DNA of 54,892 nucleotides from Perkinsus olseni (Eukaryota): NCBI GenBank assembly GCA_013115125.1, contig JABANN010000191.1, positions 1 to 54,892 of the forward strand, read 5' to 3'. Shown piece by piece: positions 33,989 to 45,882 of this stretch (position 1 is its first letter; each line of letters starts with the position of its first letter). The notes under the pieces were generated by a model. It saw only the letters and a program-made list of their open reading frames with translations, ran no database searches and was not told where the DNA came from. The position numbers and the translations under genes were made by a program.

Positions 33989-35676
33989 GCAGGAGTAGGA
34001 GGATGAGGATGAGGGGAAGTGCAGTAAGTCGCCACTCCCTTCATATTAGTATCATTCTAGCTCACTTGCAATCCTCGGTAGAGCATCATTATTTAGAATT
34101 GAGGTATAGTGCGTTCTTGCGTTACTCATTAGTGTCCCTTAGGACATACACAGCCACTGCTGCTGTTGCTGCTGCTGTTTGGTCAGATGTCGTCGGAGTC
34201 CCCTGTGCGATCGGTTAACCTGGGAGGAGGAGGAGGAGGAGCAGACGACAGTGCCATGGACATTGACACCCTCCGAGGTGGGATACTCAGGCCCCTGTTA
34301 TTGATGATACTCATCCAGAGCAGGGCTAGCACAGCAGCCTCCACCCAGTGAGTTCTCCTTCGATGGTGCTGATGGCGGCGGCCCTCCATCCTCGGGGAGG
34401 AAGAGGAGAAGGAGCAGCACCCTCTCCGGTCGTGGGGTCTTCGATACGACACTTGAAGTCGGGCGAGATGTAGCAGCTCGCTCCACCACACACATCTCCT
34501 TCGGGTGTGTCTCAGTCCTCCCTCGCGTCGATGCCGGTCACCCCCGCTGGTGATGATGATGATGGTTGGGAATTCAGAGGGTAGATAGGTCTTGGGTTCG
34601 AATCCCAGTGAAGGCATTTTTCTTTTGATTTAGACTGCCTCCTGGAGTGGCTCCTGCTCCGACGACTCGACAAGTGGTGGCCCGAGCGGCTCCAAGGCGT
34701 CGGAGACGAGTGACAGTCGGCAACAGTAGAGCGGCTGCTCGGAATAAAGGTGAATCGGCGGCGGAGCGAAGCAATTTTTGTTTACCATTTTTGCGGTTCT
34801 CGACAGGCGCAGACGTCGGTGGCATTTCGTTGTTGCCGAGTCGTCAGAAGAGGAATCATCGGCGGCGGAATGGAGGCATGCCTGACCTCACGCCAGATGA
34901 TGTGGTGGGCTTCATCAGCACCCATCTGAGGAGCGTTGAGGAAATGCAAGATGGGCAAGATTATGAAGAAGATATGATGCCTGTGGCAAGCCGAGATCTG
35001 GGTCATGTGTGCAGTCCTATTGGCGGTGGCAGGCCGCCGCTGAGTGAGGTGATCGTCACAGCGAAGCGTCACCGTTGATGGATTGCTAGCTGCCCTCAGG
35101 TCAGCTTCATGCCACCATTCACACCGGACAGGAGAGGGAGTAGCGTTGAGGAAATGCAAGAGGAGCAAGATGACCCTACCATCGCCGTGGCGACCCCATT
35201 CGCTGATCTTGGCATGTATGATGACCCCGAGGTGCCCTGGAGCCCACAGGAGAGAGCTCCTTCCCTCGCAAGCGGCTCACCGGCATCGGTAATCCGGCGG
35301 CGTTTTCCCGCGCGCCGCGAAAATAGGACTGACCCGAGAGCTCTGTTTTGTAGAGTCGCGGGTTCGCTCGTTCTTCGGCATTGCGGACCGCCTTGGAGGT
35401 GCTTTGGGCTAAGCAGGTAGGGCGAGCGCTACTGTTTCGAATCCGATGGGATTCGACAAATTGTGGGCATCGTTCTTAGAATGAGCCGACACCTACTTTT
35501 CAAGGTCTTGTGCGAGAGAATCCAGTGAAGGCTTTCATGGAGGTAGCCGAGGTCTCGGGTTCGATCCCTGGCGGCGGTATTTTCCTCAGGTCTTAGTGAT
35601 GTCCTCTCGAGGTGGCTGCAACCCCTCCCAGGCGGGCCATTGGTGTCCGATTCTGTTGGAGCCTCCGGGAGGGTGA
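32715..35676 (+). CDS. Rad21/Rec8-family cohesin kleisin, multi-exon (start codon in an unresolved upstream exon)
   Basis: N-domain SPLVVLWRLAYALKGLSREAALDVKLSEAARVVM...HLRISGPLLLGLSRLHKLKVEVV; central LEVGRD; C-terminal winged helix TFQGLVRENPVKAFME|VLVMSSRGGCNPSQAGHWCPILL; TGA at 35674-35676. Confidence 0.85.
33092..33323. repeat. 27-bp tandem repeat (CTCACCGACCTCTCTCGGTATCTTCCG) in a kleisin intron, spanning a gap
   Basis: At least 4.5 visible units. Confidence 0.95.
33735..33768 (-). other. tRNA 3'-half-like element, antisense within 43-nt intron 33726-33768
   Basis: GGTC-CCGGG-TTCGATC-CTCAG-TGAGGAC-A on the minus strand. The intron is required, since the unspliced frame hits TGA. Confidence 0.75.
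34587..34621 (+). other. tRNA 3'-half-like element plus T-run within 53-nt intron 34581-34633
   Basis: GGTC-TTGGG-TTCGAAT-CCCAG-TGAAGGC-A-TTTTT. The unspliced frame hits TAG. Confidence 0.8.
35550..35583 (+). other. tRNA 3'-half-like element plus T-run within 47-nt intron 35543-35589
   Basis: GGTC-TCGGG-TTCGATC-CCTGG-CGGCGGT-A-TTTT. Splicing restores the kleisin motif AFME|VLVM. Confidence 0.8.
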
Positions 35677-35862
35677 TGATAAATTCATAAATGCTAATAA
35701 TCGGCATGCGTATACTAACACCATTCAATACCAGTAAATGGTGTCGAGTTGGTAGATGTGGCAGCGATCTAACCTATTTTGTATCTTGCAAGGTCAACCT
35801 TTGGATATTTCACGACGGGCAACATTTCCAGAAGGCTCGGAACTAGGCGCACTTTCTGGACG

Positions 35863-37055
35863 ATGACGCATGTTACTGAAACGCGAGAGAACGGGACAAT
35901 GATTGTGTTGAGCCCAAAGGAAGGTCGCGTCAACAGTAAGCTGCGTATCTTACTAGGGTCGACCTAAGATACTTGCCAGGTCTGATGATAGTCATGCATG
36001 GTCTCGGAGACACCGCCCAAGGATGGGATAACGCTGCGAGGATCTGGTCGAGGCAGTTCCCATCAACCCGTTTTATCTTACCAACGGCGAAAGTACAGCC
36101 AGTGACGGTTAATATGGGCGCTCCGATGCCGTCTTGGTGAGGAGGATGAGTTACGGAAAATTTGGTATGGACGCAAGTGAGGTACGATATTAAATCATTG
36201 ACGTCATCCAAGTTGGAAGCGAGCGCGGAGGGGATTGAAGAATCGGCCGTGAGGATTCGAGAAATCATATCGAAGGAGATGGCAGACACTGGCGTGACAA
36301 GGAAGGATATTGTAGGCGTATCTTCACCTCGCTGTGGCAAGATACAAAATAAGTCAACATACGTACAGGTTCTCGCTGGATTCTCTCAAGGAGCAGCGAT
36401 GTCGTACTGGGTCGGCCTACAGGACGATGAGAGTTATGCCGGAGTTGTTGCTATGAGTGGATATTTACCTAGGGCCAGCAGGTTGGTGGTCGTTCGCTCG
36501 AGCCGTGTGAAATAACTCGTAACAGATTGCAAGGAAAGGGTCTCTTTCCTAACCAACGATAGGGCGAGAAATCGCCGATAATCGGTGCAATAGAAAACCT
36601 TCGCTGTGCGCAAAGATATCGCTGGTATTACCTTTCTCGAGTTTTCCTACCTCTTCGAGGGTTTTTTTTCAGCTTTATTCTTTCTCCGGCAGCAGCAGGG
36701 AGGTCGACGCCCGTCTTGCACTGCCACGGCGACTCGGATACGATGGTCCCCTCGGACGCGGCGGTCGCAACTCTCAATCATTTACAGGACGCTGGCCTCG
36801 AAGATGTCACTTTCATGATGTGAACATTCCGACCTTTTTCGCATCTTGCATGGTCAACCTCAAGATACCCTGGAATGCATCATTCGGCTTGTGGAGAGGA
36901 GATCCGACACATTGCAGTTTGGTTAAAACTCAAAGCCAAACTTGGCTGTCGAGAACGTGAGGCATTTGGTCCCGGGTTCGATCCTCGGTTACTACAGTTT
37001 TCACACTCTTATGATTCCAGTGGCTCCTTCGAGTGCTATAGCAGCCACTCTATGA
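35863..37055 (+). CDS. Acyl-protein thioesterase/lysophospholipase (Abhydrolase_2), copy 1
   Basis: MHGLGDTAQGW, FILPTA..QPVTVNMGAPMPSW|YDI, AGFSQGAAMS, MSGYLP, CHGDSD, YPGMHHSA. The last exon boundary is uncertain. Confidence 0.9.
36968..36996 (+). other. tRNA 3'-half-like element in the last intron of thioesterase copy 1
   Basis: GGTC-CCGGG-TTCGATC-CTCGG-TTACTAC-A-gTTTT. The donor at 36957 is at the same codon position as an intron in copy 2. Confidence 0.7.
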
Positions 37056-37567
37056 CGAGCCTCTGACACTCTGTCGGCTCCTTTCCCTTGTCGGAGATGA
37101 AGGCCATCGTCGACATCCATTCAATGGATTCCATTGACCAATATGATGGTCCTCGTCAGGGCCCACTGCTGATATCTTGGAGTCATTAACAACAAGGGAG
37201 CTCCAGGATGCCGTCAGCGTCTTCCATCTACCACCACTGAATGAGGTGGGGAGATTGTTGGGGAAGGTGCGGTATGATGCTCTCCTTAGGATAAGTCCAC
37301 CGAACAGCTTCGGAAGGATCTTATAGCGTCCGTCGCCGCCGCACTTTCGTGAAGCATGCCTGCTGAGTTTCTGTGGGTAGAGGTTGTCGAGCTTCCTTAG
37401 GGATTGGGAAATCTTCCGGGTGCGCATCTGTAAAGATACCGTCCTGGGTAGCAGGACTTATGTCAGTTTTACACCCCAGAGGCCTCGCTGCTTTCCGCAC
37501 TCTCCTGTCGAGGCAGTCCTCTTTCCTGTCGGCTCCCTTCATCAACAACAGTCGATCGTTTTCGAAG

Positions 37568-38812
37568 ATGTCACACAACGTCACCAGTCGAGAGAATGGC
37601 AAAGTGCTGGTCCTCACGCCCAAGGAGGGAGGAGTGGATAGTAATCCATTTTGCACGCGCATCAATACCAACTTTTTCCCGAATCAGGCGCGGTGTTTTT
37701 GATGCACGGCCTCGGCGATACCGCCAACGGCTGGCTTGATGTCGCCCATTACTGGTCCAAGAGCTTCCCCACAACACGATTCATCCTCCCTACCGCGGAG
37801 TCGATGCCGGTCACTCTCAACTACGGCGCTCCGATGCCTTCCTGGTGACTGCAGCATCCCGCACGCCTACGGTGATGGGTTCGCGCAGGTACGACATCGA
37901 AGCCCTAGGGGTAGAGGCTACCAAGGAGACGGCCAAAGCCGACGGTATAGAGAGGTCCGCTGCAAGGGTGGAGGCCATGGTGAAGAAGGAAATGGAAGAG
38001 TCCGGTCTGGAGAAGAAGGATATTGTAGCTGCTGTTGTCACTGTGTGGGTCGGATGGGGGGATCTTGTCAGGTGTTGTCGGGATTCTCCCAAGGCGGAGC
38101 GATGTCGTATTGGGTTGGACTGCAGGAGGGGGGCTACGGCGGTGTGGTCTCCATGAGCGGCTGCATCGTCCGCCCCGACGAGTGAGCTTACCACCCTACC
38201 TCCCCTCTCCTGACTAGATCCTCAGATTCCGTCTATCACCCGAAGCTGTCGATACTCCCATCATCCAATGCCACGGCACCAGCGATCCGGTCATCCTCCC
38301 GAAGTACGCTCAGGAGACGGTCGACCATCTCCGGGAGTCGGGCGCGAAGGACATCACCCTCGTCTGGTAAGCGTCCGAAGCCCCACGCTGGCCGTCCACT
38401 CAGTGTTCAGGTATCCTGGCATGGAGCACTCAGCTCGAGAGACCGAGATCGACGACATCGCTCTATGGCTCAAGCTTAAAGCCAAACTCGGTTGCAGATT
38501 GAGTGAGTCGGACTGAGACCCCTATTCCCAAAGAGTTCGCATCATGTGAAATAATATACAATTAATGCCGATATCATAGGGACTATGCCTTCTGATATGC
38601 TATTGTGTATCTTTCAGAAACGGACGCAGAAGTTGTGAGTGGCCTCTCAGTTAAGCAGCTGAAGCATGCCTTGCGGCTGTTAAGTGTCGACCCTACTAAG
38701 GTAGGGAAACTTCCAGTCTAGTACCACGTCTTATCAGCTCTGCTCTCAGATTGCTAATTACGTGGAGAAGTCGGAACTGCGTGAGGCGGTCTTGGACGCT
38801 ATGAAGGTTTGA
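37568..38812 (+). CDS. Acyl-protein thioesterase/lysophospholipase, copy 2, with C-terminal SAP-like extension
   Basis: MHGLGDTANGW, SGFSQGGAMS, CHGTSD, YPGMEHSA. Extra exons encode LSVKQLKHALRLLSVDPTK|IANYVEKSELREAV; TGA at 38810-38812. Confidence 0.88.
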
Positions 38813-39005
38813 TCGACTGTTTAACTGTTTTTTCTGTCGGCGTTTGGAAGAGTTGCGTCGAAGAGTTTTCAATGAGTACTCAGTTGGACTGCCGGAGAGC
38901 ACAGCGCCGCATGCTTATGGACTCGCGAAGGTCTTGAGTCGTATGAGCGCACAATTCATTGCATACGTCTTCGGGCAAGTAGCACCGCATTGTCTAACAT
39001 TTACA

Positions 39006-39077
39006 GTCGCTATCGTCTAGTGGTTAGGACGTCACGTTGTGGCCGTGACAACCCCGGTTCAAATCCGGGTAGCGACT
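39006..39077 (+). tRNA. tRNA-His(GTG)
   Basis: GTCGCTA TC GTCTAGTGGTTAGGAC G TCACG TT GTG GC CGTGA CAAC CCCGG TTCAAAT CCGGG TAGCGAC T, followed by TTT. Confidence 0.97.
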
Positions 39078-39299
39078 TTTATCTGTAAATACATGTGATG
39101 TGTGATGCACCATTTTCACGGCCAATGAGCCTCTCCACAATGTCTTACGACCCGCCATGACTGTAACAACGCAACACTGAGAGGAACTACGTAGAAAGCT
39201 TTACCGAAAGCACAGCTCAGGTTCACAGCAGATCAGTAAGTCAAATTAGCAACCCCCTCTCGACTACTGCTCTCTTTCTGGAGAGCTGTCGTCCACGTC

Positions 39300-41798
<2,499 letters not shown>

Positions 41799-42291
41799 TG
41801 ATGTGGGCTACACTGGCAATAGTGGTAGAACGACGCGCAAGGGGGACAGACAGTTGTGCAATTCAGCACGCAAACGCAGCAGGGAGGATTGGAGAGGCCT
41901 AGAAGTTGAGAAAGGAGTGGTATGGCACATTCCTGGACACATGCACTCTCAACAGCTGCAGCTCTGTTGCTCTAGACCCTACAAGCTCGCAGGTGGTGAG
42001 CGGAGAACTCGACACTGATTTGCACGCATGCACAAGATGATCAGCGAGAAGGTCGTTACCCCAAGGCCACTTCACGAGGAACTCTCCTCCGAGAGTACAC
42101 GATGGTGAGCCGATCGAAATATTCCGGAGAAATTGATAAACGCAAGAGAAGTTGAAGGTGTGAAATAGTAATACTCTAAGTTATCCGCTGTCACCGCCGC
42201 TGCTGGCAGCAGCATCCGATCATCGAAGCAAACGGCGGCGGCCAGGGCGGCAGTCCAAAAGACCGACTTCAATGATATTGAGTATTAACCT

Positions 42292-43851
42292 TTAATTCGA
42301 ATATTCATAGTAATACCAACTATCGTAGAATGTCCGTCCCTGGTGACCAGAAGGTCGGCCACTTCTGGTCACCGGAGACGGATCAACTCCACTTCCTCTG
42401 GACGACCTCCGCCGTGACGAACGCCTCGATCTCCCTGAGCGCACTGCTGCTGCATGATCTTCCTTCCTTCCACGGTGGCCACTTCGAGTCCGTCGGATGG
42501 ACCCGATCGCCCGACGATGCGTAACCGAGGTTGATAACGTACCACTGGAGACTTGTCGACTCTTGTTGGAACGGCCGCGAGAAGTCGCACAGCCTTTAGG
42601 GCTGAGATGAACCATCTTGGCATCCCCCGAGTACCCTGCGGTACCAAGCTTCACCACCCTAGGTGTAGCGGTTGGTGTGGTATCGGTGCTACTCTCCCTC
42701 CGCTGTAGAGTAGACGAGAGCCTCAGTTCACGATGCTGATCAACGGCCGACCTTCGAGCCTCCTCGGACGGCAATAACTCCACTTTGATACCGTCAAGAG
42801 GCTTGCTCTCTTCCCGCCGCAAATGCCTATCAAATGATGCCGATATACAACGACGGCTCTCGTTCCCTCTTCTCAGCTCCACCGTAGCATCGTGAAGGCC
42901 CTCAGCGTGGCTGATTGGGCTCCCGTCGATAGACTCAGACTCTTCGACGTTGGTGAAGTCTTGATCACAGTCAGCAGCCCTGCGCCTCGCAATAGAACCA
43001 CGGCTGCGACTTCGGCGTCTTCTTCCTGCCGGACTGAGAACCACGGCAGGCCTACCCTCTGGTTCACCACCACCATGCGCATGGTCATCATCGTCAACAC
43101 GCAAACGGTTGGATATCGAAGGTGGCCCGCGGGGAAGAGCTGAGGCACGACCAACTGGCGGCAACCAATCTCGAGGTTCCGTCGGCCTCCTCGGGATGGC
43201 GGTATCGCGAGACTGTTGCAATCTGGATCGCCAGTTGATAGTCTCAGCGCCTCCTTTTGTCGTATCACGGCGGCCGACGGGCAGTCGTCGATGACCGTCT
43301 CTTTTACCAATACCCCGTGCTTCAGACCTCCTACTCCGCCGCTTGCTCCGCTTGCTCCGAGAGGATCTCCCTTCCCTGCGAGTATCCCGCGCAACCTCAG
43401 CTGCACGAGCCAGGTTCTCTGAGCCTCCTCCAGTTCGGGAACCACGGCTCAAGGGTAGATGTGCAATGCTTCGTCGTGCTTCGAACTCCACCTTAGCGCT
43501 CGGCGTCTCAGCAGTCACGCCGGCTCCCTCAACATTTCTGCTTTCAACCGCTCTCTCGACCACAGCTGTCTCCGGTTTGTACCGGGAACCATCGCTCTGA
43601 TTGCCTCGAGGGAACTTCGAGTCTCCATGCGTCGTCATCGTCGAGCGCTCATCAGGCAGTCCAGAGTGCCTTTCCGAGCTCATTCGCTCAGCCTCGGCCC
43701 TTCGATGTGGCCTGCTGATACTCTCAGAGTCCTGGTGAGCCTCCTTGTCCGCCGCTCCGTGAGGGGATGATGACCGTTCTTTCTCCCAGCTGCATGGGGT
43801 ACTCCACCAGTCGCTAGGGGCATTCTCCTGAGGGTGCTCTGGTACCATCAC
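42292..43851 (-). CDS. Arg/Ser-rich low-complexity hypothetical protein (519-aa ORF)
   Basis: Long uninterrupted ORF with no recognisable domain. It may have upstream exons. Confidence 0.55.
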   Translation of the reverse strand: MMVPEHPQENAPSDWWSTPCSWEKERSSSPHGAADKEAHQDSESISRPHRRAEAERMSSERHSGLPDERSTMTTHGDSKFPRGNQSDGSRYKPETAVVERAVESRNVEGAGVTAETPSAKVEFEARRSIAHLPLSRGSRTGGGSENLARAAEVARDTRREGRSSRSKRSKRRSRRSEARGIGKRDGHRRLPVGRRDTTKGGAETINWRSRLQQSRDTAIPRRPTEPRDWLPPVGRASALPRGPPSISNRLRVDDDDHAHGGGEPEGRPAVVLSPAGRRRRSRSRGSIARRRAADCDQDFTNVEESESIDGSPISHAEGLHDATVELRRGNESRRCISASFDRHLRREESKPLDGIKVELLPSEEARRSAVDQHRELRLSSTLQRRESSTDTTPTATPRVVKLGTAGYSGDAKMVHLSPKGCATSRGRSNKSRQVSSGTLSTSVTHRRAIGSIRRTRSGHRGRKEDHAAAVRSGRSRRSSRRRSSRGSGVDPSPVTRSGRPSGHQGRTFYDSWYYYEYSN

Positions 43852-43959
43852 CTAAGGCAGCATGATGCGTCCAACGCGATGATTATGGGTTGCAGGGCCT
43901 GAAGTTCAGGCCTAAATGATACGAATCATCGAGAATGAGAAAGTTGCACGCGGATTCTA

Positions 43960-44815
43960 CTGCGGAGGAGGGGTCCCCTCCTTATCCCCTCCGAGGGGAT
44001 AAGAAATTTCGATTCAGAAAGAATGAACTGACGAATGAATGACTGAGTGAACTATTAGACGCCGATCACCCAGGGTGATCCACCCTGCGTCCAATGAATT
44101 CTCGTATGAGATACGGACTTCTCAGCGAAATCAAGAAACATGGCTACATGGGAGCTACATGGCGCTAGCCAATATGCGTGCTCTACAACAGAACAGGTCG
44201 GAGCCTCCGACCGGAGTCCGAGTCTCGGACTACAGCCTCCGACTTGAAGGCTAGAGCTGGGCGTCCGTACTGGGATTCGGGAAAGTACGGTACGGGCTAC
44301 GTTTCGAACCAGTAGTTCGAAACTAGAGACTTAGCACAGGCACGGACTTGTACCAACCATTCCACTTATCGTCGCAATGTATATAGTTGGAGGTTTTAGG
44401 GGGATCAGACCGACGCAACTCACAGCTGCTGTGGTATAGCAGCGCGGGTCGCATTTGATTCGAGTTACCAACGAGCATCAGAACCCCTGCATACTATAGC
44501 GTGGCGCTGTCGTTTGGTGGTAGTATTCTCCGAGCATCAATGGTTAATGATCAACTCACCGGAGGACCTCCGGTCCTCTGAGGACCCTCGCCAAGCCGAG
44601 AACGGCGAGAAGCCCTCACCAAGTGCAACGTTTACATCGGTGCGCTTTCTGAAAGCGGCTTTCACTTGCGTACTGTGCACACCTACCACGCTGGCAGTTC
44701 GACAATGATTGATGTGCGGGGTTTATGTGGGGAATACAAGCCACATGCTTGCTACTTGGTCATGCTATAAGCATGACAGGCCTTCGGTTACACCGTAACT
44801 GTTACGGCGTTAAGT
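43960..44815. repeat. Cluster of short odd-length palindromes / compound footprint-like motifs in non-coding DNA
   Basis: GGAGGGG-T-CCCCTCC, CTTATCCCCTC-C-GAGGGGATAAG, GATCACCC-A-GGGTGATC, GGTCGGAG-C-CTCCGACC, AGTCCGAG-T-CTCGGACT, CCGGAGG-A-CCTCCGG, GGTCCTC-T-GAGGACC, CCGTAAC-T-GTTACGG. Confidence 0.85.
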
Positions 44816-45173
44816 CTGTGTGATGCGGACCAGAGATGGTACACGGCTATGTTGATTGAACCATACCCTCATATCCAGCGCAAATCTCATTGGAAAACTA
44901 TGCACTAGCGTGGCTCATTGAGAGTGTGGACTTCAAATGAGAGCATCGTGCATAAGGCGCGATGCATCCTCCGGCAAGATAGGCTGAATCGGTCGAATCT
45001 TCGCAAGTGCACGTTACGTACAACGTCGAGGTGGGATAGCACTGTTATCATAACAGTATAGGAGTTCAGGAGACGACGTCCGAAAAACGTATCGGAGAGA
45101 AGCTTTCGCCCAAATGGACCAACGAAATAAATCTCCTTATGCATTCTCTGAAGCAGTGTGGAGCCGATGGGTT

Positions 45174-45246
45174 CGAGCCCACACTCACGCGTCCACGCAA
45201 GGGGTTCACGCTATGAACCTCTGTGGACTCCGCAGTGTGGGGCTCG
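45174..45246. repeat. 73-nt imperfect hairpin
   Basis: Nested stems CGAGCCCACACT / AGTGTGGGGCTCG, GTCCAC / GTGGAC and GGGGTTCA / TGAACCTC. Confidence 0.75.
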
Positions 45247-45882
45247 TTACTTGGCAGATGACTCGCTGCGGAACCAGTCAGCATTGCAGCAGATCAGACA
45301 ACGCAGTTACCAAGTGCGCTGAGAACTGTAAAGCTGACGAAAATTCCCATGATGAATCTCTTCATGAGGGCACCGTGGAATCATTGGGTTCACGGTCAAA
45401 GTCCGACGATGAAACCTTAGTTGAAGTCATTTAGCATTGTTTCCATCACCGATGGTTGAGAATGCAAAAGCGGTCAACACTATGGCATAATGATTTTCAG
45501 ATTTCATTCATAATGCCCCATACGTGCGATCTTAAGTACCACGTCCACCCTATTCTCGAAAACTACCGATAGTAAAACCGAAATGGCGAGTGACTCAGTC
45601 ATTCTCACGTCAGCAGCTAACGGTTAGCCCTCCTTTACGCACCTGGTCTCCTGCATTCTCTGAAGGGTCATGATTGCTCTCATCGCTCCAACCGAGCGCT
45701 TGTTCCGCGGAGTACCAAAGATATTCGAACGGTATCGGAGGGGGCGTGCCGGCCAGCGGCTTGGCTTGCGCTTTGTCCTCACCATTGGGTGGAGGCTCGG
45801 GACATCGCTCCGACGATGCAGTAGGAAGGCCAACCTGAATGCAGAATCCGTGGCGTTGAGTATGAATATGGTACGAAGCTCA

